Assembly: GCA_965214835.1 (NCBI GenBank)
Contig: CBDCCK010000002.1
Coordinates: forward strand, 384,001-448,000
DNA length: 64,000 nt
Source of the DNA: Nitrosopumilaceae archaeon
GTDB lineage: Archaea; Thermoproteota; Nitrososphaeria; Nitrososphaerales; Nitrosopumilaceae
Direction of reading: 5' to 3'
The position numbers were made by a program, and so were the translations under genes. This document shows, one piece after another, positions 40,300-49,950 of this stretch. Position 1 is the stretch's first letter; each line of letters starts with the position of its first letter. Below the pieces are notes generated by a model. It was given only the letters and a program-made list of their open reading frames with translations, searched no databases and was not told the origin of the DNA.

Positions 40300-40971
40300 C
40301 TATCCCCGAAACGTAAAGGCAAGGCTCTCTGTCTGATCGCCATGTTCAATGACCAGGGTGTATGTCCCCGGGTCGCCCCATCCGGCACCGCCTGCAATGG
40401 CCAGGGTTGAAAACGCCCCATCCGGTTTTAGACTCACGCTTTCTGTCCAAACCAAGTCACTAGTCGAGTTTTCAATGGATAAAACTGCCTGGCCTCCCAG
40501 TGAGGAGTCAGACATTCCCGAAATAGAGATGATGTCTCCAAGGGCGTATGATCCCTCATCAAGAGACAGCAGATCGCCATGGATTGATCCGCCGATAGTC
40601 TTCCCCCCAGGCTCAAGGCCGGACATGGATACTCCGATGGCAACTATTGCAATCAGCGCAGCTGCACCGCCGGCCCCGATGATGATTTTTGTCCGATTCT
40701 GGCTTTTGCGTCGCTGTGGTTCGGGCTGCAGGCGAGGGGTAAAGGCCTGCTTCGGGGCGGGTTTGGGGGGCCCAAGTGCCCGCGGGGGTTTCGGGACGGG
40801 TCTTGGTTTTTTCTCTATGAATTCGCCCTTTAGTTTTGCGACATAATTGCGCTCATAGACTGAGATTACCTCGTTGTGCTCGGCGGCACGCTTGATCTGC
40901 TCTAGAATCCGCCTGTCCCCCTTTTCCATCAGGAGTAGCGCATTAACATCATCTAGTATAGTGTCAGGCAT
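40300..40971 (-). CDS. Hypothetical single-pass membrane protein
   Basis: Pro/Lys linker, TM helix, Ig-like C-terminus resembling the PEFG-protein domains. Confidence 0.7.
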   Translation of the reverse strand: MPDTILDDVNALLLMEKGDRRILEQIKRAAEHNEVISVYERNYVAKLKGEFIEKKPRPVPKPPRALGPPKPAPKQAFTPRLQPEPQRRKSQNRTKIIIGAGGAAALIAIVAIGVSMSGLEPGGKTIGGSIHGDLLSLDEGSYALGDIISISGMSDSSLGGQAVLSIENSTSDLVWTESVSLKPDGAFSTLAIAGGAGWGDPGTYTLVIEHGDQTESLAFTFRG

Positions 40972-41365
40972 TGTCTTTTTGCTCCAAATGGGATTAGCAA
41001 AGCACCTTGTTTAATATTTCTGAGGGATCAGACTTGTGCCTAACGGCCCATGCGCCTTGCCTGAATCATGACCGTACGCACATAGTCCCTGGCAGTAGAA
41101 TCAGATACCCCCATTTGCTTGGCACGCCTGTACAGGGCAGCCTCATAGGGGCTGCTCAAATAGAACCTCAGCAGATAGTTCAAGCGATGGAACCTTTTCT
41201 CGTCGCCTCTCATGCCAGAATGTGGCCTGCGGTACTAAAAAAGATCCGGGGTATTATGGGATAACCTTGATTGTTGATCTCATAGGAATGCCTGCTGGAT
41301 TTTGGGGCTTTTCCCCACTGCTGTGGCAGCATGGCTCCAATTACAGAGCATATGGTGGTGTGCAA

Positions 41366-41425
41366 AAGATCTTCAACACATGTGGGCATGAACTAGGGTG
41401 GGTGATTTTCGTTGTTGAAGAACTT
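41366..41425 (+). mobile_element. MITE-like element family F
   Basis: aagatcttcaaca ... tgttgaagaactt terminal inverted repeat, 12/13. Confidence 0.6.
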
Positions 41426-41666
41426 GTGTTTTTCACCATACGTGGCAGAGGTAGAGGCATCGGCTGCATGTGGCACAAACCGGCCCCCCGCGGCAGCTTT
41501 GATTCCTTTGGAGAATCGCCTTGATCAGAGGGTAAAGTCACGTTCCCCTGCCGGCCAAGCGCGAAAATCACAGTCGCACGTGAACTCATTCCTAGCAGGT
41601 CAAGGACAGGTGGCCTCGCACGCCAGAGGCCCTCTGCCGTATCACATAACAGGCAAAGGCACGGAT

Positions 41667-42221
41667 CTACTCCTGCTCGGTGATCACGTTCAGGGTCATG
41701 GTGGTTCGGATATGATCTAGGCCCCGGATTCCCTTTGTGATGATTTTTTCAAGCTCGTTGTGACCGGACGCCTCGACCTTGCAGATCACATCATAAAAGC
41801 CAAAGACCGCGTCGCCCTCCTTTACCTCCGGTATCTTGCCTAGCTTGCGCAGAATCGGGTACTCTTGGCCCTGATCGCAGTGGATCACGACATATGCCTG
41901 GGACGTGTTTTGTCCCGGCATGGGGCCGGCAGGCCTGTCAGGGCCAGGTATGAATATCTCCTCGTCCTCCAATCTGGTCAGGGTCATAGTCGAGTTGATT
42001 TTTTCCATCCTGCGGATCTTGTCAGTTACCGTCGAGTTGATGTCATCGCCGTCAGACTCTATCTTCAGGATGATATCATACATTCCCAGCGTGCCGTGTA
42101 CCTCAGAGATGCTGTCGATTTTTTGCAGCTCGGAGACGAGGGACTTTTCGGTCCCCAGATCACAGTTGATCAGGACGTATGCACGCGGCAATGGATCACC
42201 AGAGTCATCCCTGCCCCTCAA
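41667..42221 (-). CDS. Tandem Lrp/AsnC ligand-binding-domain protein (no HTH)
   Basis: Two AYV.I.C..G.E...G.YD...TMTL units. Confidence 0.82.
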   Translation of the reverse strand: MRGRDDSGDPLPRAYVLINCDLGTEKSLVSELQKIDSISEVHGTLGMYDIILKIESDGDDINSTVTDKIRRMEKINSTMTLTRLEDEEIFIPGPDRPAGPMPGQNTSQAYVVIHCDQGQEYPILRKLGKIPEVKEGDAVFGFYDVICKVEASGHNELEKIITKGIRGLDHIRTTMTLNVITEQE

Positions 42222-42444
42222 TTCCCATGAGGGTCAGCGTTGAGCGTATCTTTGCAATCTTTCTTACCTTCCAGGTAATCGTTTCGCGAAGCTTCTCGAC
42301 CTGGTCAGATGTGATCTTTGCAAGGATGTCGTATGCGCCAAAGGTTCCGTGGACCTCCACGACTCCCTCGATGGACTTTAGCTCCGAGATGACAAACTCC
42401 TCAGAGCCAAGCTCGCAGTTTATCAGTACATAGGCAGTCGGCAT
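42205..42444 (-). CDS. Stand-alone Lrp/AsnC ligand-binding domain (demi-FFRP)
   Basis: AYVLINCELGSE, GTFGAYDI, IRSTLTL. Confidence 0.88.
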   Translation of the reverse strand: MPTAYVLINCELGSEEFVISELKSIEGVVEVHGTFGAYDILAKITSDQVEKLRETITWKVRKIAKIRSTLTLMGIEGQG

Positions 42445-42616
42445 TTCAGTGCTTCAGCTCCTAACTTCATGATAGTGTATTGGGGTGGACGTATTTAATA
42501 GGGAATGGAAAAAAACCAAAAGGGTGTTATCTAAAAAATGGGATTTTTTGTCATTTGTATGCATATTGCCGCCTGTGGAGATCGATTGTGGACAATCATT
42601 TGCCGGTGCAAGGGGG

Positions 42617-42741
42617 GGTTGTCGTCTAATTCGCTAGAATCCCCGAAAACCGTTGAGATGCCATATGATCAGGCGTGCAAAAGGGCGGAAATTCAGAAAA
42701 ACGTGCAGATTAGGTCAAATAAGTGGAATTAGACGACAACC
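42617..42741 (-). mobile_element. MITE-like element family A
   Basis: Perfect 18-bp IR ggggttgtcgtctaattc / gaattagacgacaacccc (42615-42632, 42726-42743). Confidence 0.82.
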
Positions 42742-42772
42742 CCCTAGGGACGTGACCTCGTACCACATGGCA

Positions 42773-42892
42773 CAGTCTTCCCAGAAGTACCACGTCAAAT
42801 TATCCCGGGCTCGAAATAATTCAAACGGACTGCCTGCATACCCGCTTGCCACCTCCTGAACCGCCACAAGTCGGTTACTTTTGGGAAGGCTG
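42773..42892 (+). mobile_element. MITE-like element family B with 5-bp TSD
   Basis: tggca|cagtcttccca ... tgggaaggctg|tggca. Confidence 0.82.
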
Positions 42893-42935
42893 TGGCAGAA
42901 TAAAGGATTATATGCTATAATTACCTCGTTAAGGT

Positions 42936-43118
42936 ATGCAGGCATTAGCACAGACCGATAAGATTGTGTTGACAAAAGGACAAATTAAAGAAGTTCAGAC
43001 CTTCAAACAAGATCTCGAAAACGGTTCTGCTGAGATAGCATTTGAGGGAAGCCTTGTAGAAGGCGCGTCATTTCTTAACGGATTGGCAGAAATTGTGGAA
43101 GCTACTAATCACACATAA
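42936..43118 (+). CDS. Putative antitoxin
   Basis: 60-aa ORF overlapping the downstream RelE-like ORF; positional inference only. Confidence 0.4.
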   Translation: MQALAQTDKIVLTKGQIKEVQTFKQDLENGSAEIAFEGSLVEGASFLNGLAEIVEATNHT

Positions 43119-43347
43119 CTTCATCACTCAGTTTTTGAAGTTAAAAAGGGGACAACACGCATTTGTTTTAGATTCTCTACACTTTCTTGTCGATACATTG
43201 AATCCTGATTCTACTCCCGAATATGAAATCATCGATGAATACGATAATGGGGATTCTAGTAATGTACCTTTTCCAATCACCCACCACATAGATTATGATG
43301 ACGAACGCATATATCTAATTTCCATTGAAAAGCACCTACTCAGATAA
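43093..43347 (+). CDS. Putative RelE/ParE-fold toxin-like protein
   Basis: MWKLLITHNFITQFLKL start and IDYDDERIYLISI end resemble the RelE fold. Confidence 0.4.
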   Translation: MWKLLITHNFITQFLKLKRGQHAFVLDSLHFLVDTLNPDSTPEYEIIDEYDNGDSSNVPFPITHHIDYDDERIYLISIEKHLLR

Positions 43348-43522
43348 CGTCTTGGATATTAGCAACTAAACCATGATTTTGCGACCAAATGAAAGAGTTT
43401 GCCCCTAGGCGGCACTGCCGATCAGGGTCTTCACGACCGTGTCTCCCACGCCATGTCTTCAGGAAGGGGTAGACTCCTACCGTACGGTTTTAGTACACTT
43501 TAAGTAGTCACAGCTGCATAAG

Positions 43523-43630
43523 ATGAGTGAGTGCAAAATGACAGATGAAAAAATGGAGGAGGTAGAAGAGATTGTCAAGAAAACTTTGGCTCGACACAGA
43601 ATTGTATTTGAACGCTTGGACGAGCTTTGA
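43523..43630 (+). CDS. 35-aa putative Doc antitoxin (below the ORF-track cutoff)
   Basis: MSECKMTDEKMEEVEEIVKKTLARHRIVFERLDEL; TTGA overlap with the Fic/Doc start. Confidence 0.6.
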   Translation: MSECKMTDEKMEEVEEIVKKTLARHRIVFERLDEL

Positions 43631-44271
43631 TTGGCTTTAATGCAGACATCATCAAGGTGATTCATTCTGTACTAGAAAAAGAGTTTCCAAGAATGGAAAA
43701 AGGAATCATTCCCGAAAAAGAACCACTGCTCGAATCACTTGTTGAAAAACCTGACAGGAATCTTTTTGGTATGGAAAGTCCATATCCAGATCTGATAAGC
43801 AAGGCAGCTGTTATGATGGAAGCGATAATCCGATGGCACATCTTTGTTGATGGGAACAAAAGAACCGGATTGATGACTGCGTTTCTTTATCTGTATAGAA
43901 ATCAAACATGCTTGGCAATCCCAATTGATAGTGTAAGATTTACAATAAAAGTTGCGGACAATAGAAAGACAGATCCGGATTCAACAAGCCAGTTGATTCA
44001 GGAAATTGCAGAGTGGTTAAAAAAACATTCAACCGCAAAAGAAAAGGAATTTTTTGGCCTTGTCTGGATTTACAATATATGGCCTGCACTAAAAATGAAT
44101 ATCCTTTACCGCCTTGGATTTAGGAAGAGGGTGAAGAGGACGCTAAGCGAGTGGTACGCGCTAGATTCCCATTCCGACTATGCCGAAGAGGCAAAAGAGA
44201 CATCTGCATTTCTTCAAAGGATAATGAAGCAGGCCATGAAGGATCTCTTAGAATCATTGCGTACAAAGTAG
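43627..44271 (+). CDS. Fic/Doc-family toxin (Doc-type motif)
   Basis: YPDLISKAA...HIFVDGNKRTG. Confidence 0.9.
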   Translation: MIGFNADIIKVIHSVLEKEFPRMEKGIIPEKEPLLESLVEKPDRNLFGMESPYPDLISKAAVMMEAIIRWHIFVDGNKRTGLMTAFLYLYRNQTCLAIPIDSVRFTIKVADNRKTDPDSTSQLIQEIAEWLKKHSTAKEKEFFGLVWIYNIWPALKMNILYRLGFRKRVKRTLSEWYALDSHSDYAEEAKETSAFLQRIMKQAMKDLLESLRTK

Positions 44272-44661
44272 GAGCCTGTCCCACCCACGAGGCGGATTTG
44301 CGATATTTTGATATGCAGGCTGCCAATACCCCGGATGCACATGCCAGGCCCGGAGTTCAAGGTACTGCGCGGCGGGCTGGCATGCGTTGCGGCGGGCACC
44401 AGGTGGTGCAAATGTGGGGCTTGCCACAGAAAGGAGGGCGCGGGTTCGAGGGCGGCGTTTGCCTCACAGCCGGTCGGTGCTACACAAGCCACGATTCCCG
44501 ACAACAGAAGGCAGCGTGAAAAGCACTACCAAATGCATGCCGGATCGCAGCAGGCAGGCGCAGGTTTTGCCGGGCTCGGAGACGGCCGGGGACGGGGCGC
44601 CCGGCCGGCTGCGGGCAGAGTCATGCAAATTCTAAATATACCGCCTCAGCTGACACAATAC

Positions 44662-44931
44662 ATGGCAAAAGTAAAGCGAGTCTCCGGAAGGGGCACCAGT
44701 GTAAGGGAGGCCGACTCGGAGGATCAGAACTGGGCAGGCGATGCCTACAGGAAAAAGCAGGCCGAAAGAAGGCAAAAGGCAGGCAATGCGACGGTCTCAA
44801 CAAGACGCGGAACCGGAAAGACAAAGCTAAAGGACATTCCGGAGCCAAAGGCAAGAAAGTCAACCGAGGGCAGGACTAGGGTCACCGCAAGGGGAACCGG
44901 CACCAGAAAGAGCAGGAACCGCGGGGGCTAG
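44662..44931 (+). CDS. Small, very basic Arg/Lys/Thr/Gly-rich protein
   Basis: 89 aa from ATG 44662; TAAATATA ~25 nt upstream. Confidence 0.6.
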   Translation: MAKVKRVSGRGTSVREADSEDQNWAGDAYRKKQAERRQKAGNATVSTRRGTGKTKLKDIPEPKARKSTEGRTRVTARGTGTRKSRNRGG

Positions 44932-45593
44932 ATCCTCAGATCCGGGTTTCCGGACTTGAGTTTTTCCCAGTCGGCCAGAAAGCCCTCCAAGCCGGCATCG
45001 GTGAGGGGGTGCCCCAGCATCTTGTCGAGGACCGCGGGGGGCAGCGTGACTGCCTCGGCGCCTATTTTTCCCGCATCAACCACGTGCTGCGGATGCCTTA
45101 TGCTGGCAACCAGTATCTGGGTATCAAAGTCGTAGCTTAAGAATATGTCCTTGATCTCTTCTATCAGGCTCATTCCGTTGTGTCCGATGTCGTCCAGCCT
45201 TCCGATGAACGGGCTGACATACTTTGCGCCGGACTTTGCTGCCAGTACGGCCTGGTTCGGGGAGAACACCAGCGTTACATTGACGGGGATTCCCTCCGAT
45301 GAGAGGGTCTTGCAGGCGCGCAGTCCGTCGGGGGTCATGGGAACCTTGACTACGACGTTTTGCCCGTACTCCCTCAACCTCCTGCCCTCAGACAGCATCG
45401 CCTCATAGTCGGTGCCGACGACCTCGAGGCTCACGTCGCCCTTTATGATCCGGGTGATCTCTGCCATGTGCGAGCGCGGATCGCCGCCCTCCTTTGCAAG
45501 CAGGCTCGGGTTGGTTGTGATGCCGTCAAGCAGCCCCATGTCGTTGAACCTCCTAATGGAGTCCAAGTTTGCAGTATCAAGGAAGATCTTCAT
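44928..45593 (-). CDS. tal: Transaldolase / fructose-6-phosphate aldolase family
   Basis: IFLDTAN, GITTNPS, VVKVP, NVTLVFS, SPFIGRLDD. Confidence 0.93.
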   Translation of the reverse strand: MKIFLDTANLDSIRRFNDMGLLDGITTNPSLLAKEGGDPRSHMAEITRIIKGDVSLEVVGTDYEAMLSEGRRLREYGQNVVVKVPMTPDGLRACKTLSSEGIPVNVTLVFSPNQAVLAAKSGAKYVSPFIGRLDDIGHNGMSLIEEIKDIFLSYDFDTQILVASIRHPQHVVDAGKIGAEAVTLPPAVLDKMLGHPLTDAGLEGFLADWEKLKSGNPDLRI

Positions 45594-46564
45594 GCCCTCT
45601 TGCCACCAAGCTCCCTTGCAGTCCTTGCTATATTAATAGCTGTTATCCCGTGCTTTTCCAAAAGCAGCGGTACCTCCCCGTCCCGTGCGGACTCGCCAAA
45701 GCTGTCCTGCGCGCCGATCCTCCTTATCGGGACGGCAAAGCGCTCGGAGACGGACTCGGCTACTGCAGAGCCCATCCCGCCTACAATGTTGTGCTCCTCG
45801 CAGGTGACGATGCACCCGGTCTCCCTTGCTGCCCTTTCAAGCAGGTCGGCGTCAATGGGCTTTACCGAGAACATGTCAAGCACGCGCGCAGAGACGCCCT
45901 CCCGCCGCAGAATCCCGGCGGCCTCCAGGGCCATCTTTACGGTGATTCCGCAGGCGGCAATCGTGCAGTCGGCGCCGTCTTGCAGCGTGATGCCCCTCCC
46001 AATCTCAAACCGCTGGGAGTCCTGGTATACCACGGGGGTCGCCGATCTGGCCATCCTCATGTAGAAGGGGCCGTACTCCTGCGAGATTATCCTCGTAAGC
46101 CTTGATACGGCCGTCCCGTCTGCGGGAATGATCACGCGCATGTTTGGAATGGCCCTCATCGTCGCAATGTCCTCGATCTGCTGGTGGGAGCCGCCATCGG
46201 CGCCCACCGAGAGGCCGCCGTGGGAGACGACCATCTTTACGTTGAGCCCCTTTTTGTCCCCCCTCGTAGGATATGCGACCGAGTTCCTTATCTGGTCTAC
46301 GGCCCTCCCCGGAAGGAAGATCGCATAGGTGCTGGCAAACGGGATCTTGCCGGAGATTGCCAGTCCGGCAGAGACCGAGACGAGGTTTGCCTCGGCGATT
46401 CCAACGTTGAAGAACCGGTCGGGAAACTCTTTTCCAAAGCTTGCGGTCTTGAGGGAGCCGGTGGTGTCTGCGCCGAGCACGACCACGTCGGGGTTCTCCC
46501 TTCCCAGCTCGACCAGGGCCCTGCTGTACTCGGTACGCATGTCGGAGGTGGGAGGGTCGCTCAC
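45590..46564 (-). CDS. Transketolase C-terminal subunit
   Basis: FFNVGIAEAN, GADGGSHQ, EEHNIVGGMGSAV. Confidence 0.93.
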   Translation of the reverse strand: MSDPPTSDMRTEYSRALVELGRENPDVVVLGADTTGSLKTASFGKEFPDRFFNVGIAEANLVSVSAGLAISGKIPFASTYAIFLPGRAVDQIRNSVAYPTRGDKKGLNVKMVVSHGGLSVGADGGSHQQIEDIATMRAIPNMRVIIPADGTAVSRLTRIISQEYGPFYMRMARSATPVVYQDSQRFEIGRGITLQDGADCTIAACGITVKMALEAAGILRREGVSARVLDMFSVKPIDADLLERAARETGCIVTCEEHNIVGGMGSAVAESVSERFAVPIRRIGAQDSFGESARDGEVPLLLEKHGITAINIARTARELGGKRA

Positions 46565-48228
46565 AGGTATCCTGCCTCCGAGGCCAGCCTGGTCAGCTGG
46601 TTCTTTTTGGCTCCGATTTCATGGAGATCAATCCACTTGGATACGAGCTCGGCGCCGCCCAGCTGGTGCGCCCTGGACAGCAGGCCCCGCCTTCTTGCCT
46701 TTAGGACTTCGCCCCGAAACTCCCTGATCACGCCCCGGATGTCCTGCTGGCCTACGATCGCACTGCCGCCCACGAACGCCCTGGCACCGTCATCAAAGCA
46801 CGAGCCGACGTTCTCGAGGTTGACCCCGCCGTCGGCCTCGATTACCCCGGCAAAGCCGTGCTCTGCTAGCAGCGGCACGAGGCCGGCCATCTTTTGGTGG
46901 GTGGACTCTAGGTATGTCTGCCCGGACCTGCCGGGAACCACCGACATGACAATTACCTGGTCGACCGTCGGAAGGAACACGTGGGACCACGGGGGCAGGT
47001 CTGTATCAGGATTGACTGAGATCCCCACCCCGATCTGGTTCTGCCTCAGATAGTCGTGAATCTCGCCAAACGAGGACTCGTCGCAGACCTCTGCATGCAC
47101 GGTTACGATGTCGCTGCCCGCCTCCACGTAATCCCGGACATGCCTGACGGGCTCGTCGATCATCAGGTGGGTGTCAAACGGGATCACGGTAAGCGGGCGC
47201 AGCTCCCTGATTTTTGCGTGATCAAAGGTCCTGTTCGGGACAAACCGCCCGTCCATCACGTCTAGGTGGATGCAGTCGGCGCGCCCTGCCACGCACCGCT
47301 TTACCTCGCCTTCCAGGTCGGTCATGTCGCCCGCTATAATGGACGGCGATATGACAAACTGGGAATCCAGCTCGTCGTTGATCACGGGCACGATGTCGGC
47401 GCCGGCGGCCTTTCCGTGCCATGCCGGGTTGTCCTCCATGTGCTCCAAGGACTTTCCCTTGATCGTGCGCGCGATGATCATGGTGGGGGATCCCTTGGTG
47501 GCCCTGGCCCGCGTCAGCGCGGCGTCCAGCTGCTCTATCCTGTGGCCGTCAACCTCGATCACGTTCCATCCAAAGGACCTCCATTTCTCCCCGGTCCTCC
47601 AGCGCGAGGCGTCCCTCCACATCTCGGAGAGGTCCTCGCCCTCCAGCCTTTCGTCAAGTGGCATGACCTTTTCCGTATACGAGTCCTGCTGGATGAAGTT
47701 CCTGTCCAGGATCGCGGTGAGGTTGTCCGTCTTGTATTTTGATGCGGTCATTGCGGCCTCCCAGACCTGGCCCTCGTCGGACTCGCCGTCGCCGATTACG
47801 GTATATACATGAAAGTCCTTTTTGTCCAGCTTTCCTGCCAGCGCGACCCCCACGGAGAAAGACAGGCCGATTCCAAGGGAGCCGCCGCAGAACTCGACGC
47901 CGGGGCACTTTAGGTCGGGGTGTCCCTGCAGCCTGCTTCCAAACCCCCTCAGGCTCTCCAGCTCGGACTCGTCAAGGTATCCTGAGACTGCGAGGTTTGA
48001 GAACAGTCCGGGGGCCGCATGCCCCTTGGAGAGAACCAGCCTGTCGCGGTCCTCCCACTGCGGATTCTTAGGGTCGTACCTGAGGTGCTTGTAGAACAGG
48101 CATCCCATGATCTCTGCCATCGAGAACGAGCCGCCGGGGTGGCCGGAGCCGGCGGCCGTCGTTGCCCGGATGACCAGTTTTCGGGCTCGCAGGACGTTCC
48201 TCTTGATCTGGCAGTAGTTGAGCCCCAT
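46561..48228 (-). CDS. Transketolase N-terminal subunit fused to ribulose-phosphate 3-epimerase
   Basis: SGHPGGS, LSKGHAAP, GDGE, then ISPSI, HLDVMDGRFVPN, DTHLMI, ADGGVN. Confidence 0.92.
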   Translation of the reverse strand: MGLNYCQIKRNVLRARKLVIRATTAAGSGHPGGSFSMAEIMGCLFYKHLRYDPKNPQWEDRDRLVLSKGHAAPGLFSNLAVSGYLDESELESLRGFGSRLQGHPDLKCPGVEFCGGSLGIGLSFSVGVALAGKLDKKDFHVYTVIGDGESDEGQVWEAAMTASKYKTDNLTAILDRNFIQQDSYTEKVMPLDERLEGEDLSEMWRDASRWRTGEKWRSFGWNVIEVDGHRIEQLDAALTRARATKGSPTMIIARTIKGKSLEHMEDNPAWHGKAAGADIVPVINDELDSQFVISPSIIAGDMTDLEGEVKRCVAGRADCIHLDVMDGRFVPNRTFDHAKIRELRPLTVIPFDTHLMIDEPVRHVRDYVEAGSDIVTVHAEVCDESSFGEIHDYLRQNQIGVGISVNPDTDLPPWSHVFLPTVDQVIVMSVVPGRSGQTYLESTHQKMAGLVPLLAEHGFAGVIEADGGVNLENVGSCFDDGARAFVGGSAIVGQQDIRGVIREFRGEVLKARRRGLLSRAHQLGGAELVSKWIDLHEIGAKKNQLTRLASEAGYL

Positions 48229-48296
48229 TTGCTCTACTGCCTTGCAAATTGAATAAAAATCTACTTGAGGCAGTCCCCCCCGTGCATGTCGGCAGG

Positions 48297-48989
48297 TTAT
48301 TTTGCCACGTGATCCTTTAGCTTGGAGACGATTTTCTCCACATCCCCATCAGAGAGGACCTCGCCCCTGCGTTCAAGAAAGTCGTTTATGTTATCCGCAC
48401 TAGCTGTGAAGACCGCCCGATACTTTGGGTCGTATCTGATGTTTCCCCGGATTGACAGTACCACGCTTGTCACTCTGGGAGTCCTTCTCCACGACTTTAA
48501 GACGTGCCAGAGCAGCCTGCCGGCCCGGCCCGCCTGCTCGTGGGGGCTAAAATAGCTTCGCTGATCAATAAAGCCGTTACTCCAGTTTTTTACCTCGATG
48601 GCATAGACCCCCTTTTTAGAGACGACTACAAAGTCTATTTGGGCGGACTTTAGATCCTTCTTTCCGTCATACGAGATAAAGTAGGGCAGCCTGATTCCTA
48701 CCCCGCACAGGACGTGGTACTCGTCACCGAGCCGGGATAGCGTCTCTTTGACCCGGATCTCCCCCATTGCTCCGGCATGAAATGGATCGTCCTGGTTTTC
48801 TTCAAGCCTTTTGTACCGCCTTTTCAGCCTCCAACGCCGAAGCCTTGCGACAAGCCCCCTGGGCTCTGCCTTGAGTTCCTCCTGGATTCCGATCGCAAGC
48901 CTGTCAATGTCCTCGATTTTTTTTACGGTCTTGGGATACAGGGCAAGGTACCGCTTTTCACTGTCTGCCATGCCGTAGACTATGGCCAT
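48297..48989 (-). CDS. NERD nuclease-related domain protein
   Basis: GAMGE, QIDFVVVSKKGVYAIEVKNW, SPHEQA. Confidence 0.82.
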   Translation of the reverse strand: MAIVYGMADSEKRYLALYPKTVKKIEDIDRLAIGIQEELKAEPRGLVARLRRWRLKRRYKRLEENQDDPFHAGAMGEIRVKETLSRLGDEYHVLCGVGIRLPYFISYDGKKDLKSAQIDFVVVSKKGVYAIEVKNWSNGFIDQRSYFSPHEQAGRAGRLLWHVLKSWRRTPRVTSVVLSIRGNIRYDPKYRAVFTASADNINDFLERRGEVLSDGDVEKIVSKLKDHVAK

Positions 48990-49157
48990 GATTTAGGAAT
49001 GCCCCCGCACAAATTAAGAATTTGGGGCAGCCTGCGCTCTGGAAGGCACTCCCGATTGTAGGCACGGATTATGCTCGATTGGGGTTTCCGGGATGGGAAA
49101 ATTCACGCCTGGGCTTTCAGAGCCCGGGCTGTTACAGAATTTGCTGCAGACAGGCAC

Positions 49158-49268
49158 CAGCTAAGTGAAATGTGAATGAGATTTGCTGTTTTGCCTTGCT
49201 GCTGAGGCGTTGCGCCTCATGCCCAGTTTTTGTTTTTGCTCGATTCCAGGGTACTTTTCACTTAGCTG
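49158..49268 (+). mobile_element. MITE-like element family D with 5-bp TSD
   Basis: ggcac|cagctaagtgaaa ... tttcacttagctg|ggcac; perfect 13-bp TIR. Confidence 0.85.
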
Positions 49269-49950
49269 GGCACAGCAATCTTCTTTAATAAAACAATCAA
49301 AGTCTAGTCCTTGAGCCTGGTAGATAACTTTCCGCCCAACCTGCAGGCAAGAGACGCCCAGAGGGAGATCCTCGGAGAAATTCAGGAGAAACTAAAGTCA
49401 GGGTACCAGAAGATCCTGCTTTCGGCCCCCACGGGGGTAGGCAAGTCAGCCATTGCCGTGACGCTGGCAAAGAGCTATGAAAAGTCTTTTGTGGTTACGG
49501 CATCAAGGCACCTCCAGGATCAGTACACCTGCGACTTTGAGGCGCTTGTTCCAGTCAAGGGCAAGTCTAACTTCCCGTGCTTCAAGTCAATGGAGCAGCA
49601 GGGGGTCGATCTGCAAGAGTATGAGACGGCCTTTCGGCGGGGCCTGACCTGTGAGAAGGGCGAGTGCGTGGAACTAGAGGGCGGAAAAATAAAAAGCTGC
49701 AAGTTCAAGCCACGCATACAGGACTATGAGGAGGAGGCGTTTGAAGAGATTACCTGTCCGTACTACGAGCAAAAGTATTCCGCACTGCTTGCGGATCACT
49801 CGGTGTGGAACTACCACTCTTACTTTCAGACAGTCAAATACAACAAAACAACGTATGGCGGCTATCTGAATAGAAAGTAATAGGTTAGCCCCTGCCTAGT
49901 TGATTTTTTCTGACCACCTGATCTATAAACTATCATTACCCGGGAAATAC

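Noticed and set aside
44308-44661. 207-aa ORF version of the basic protein
   Set aside because: The upstream part looks like non-coding GC-rich sequence; the TATA box precedes ATG 44662
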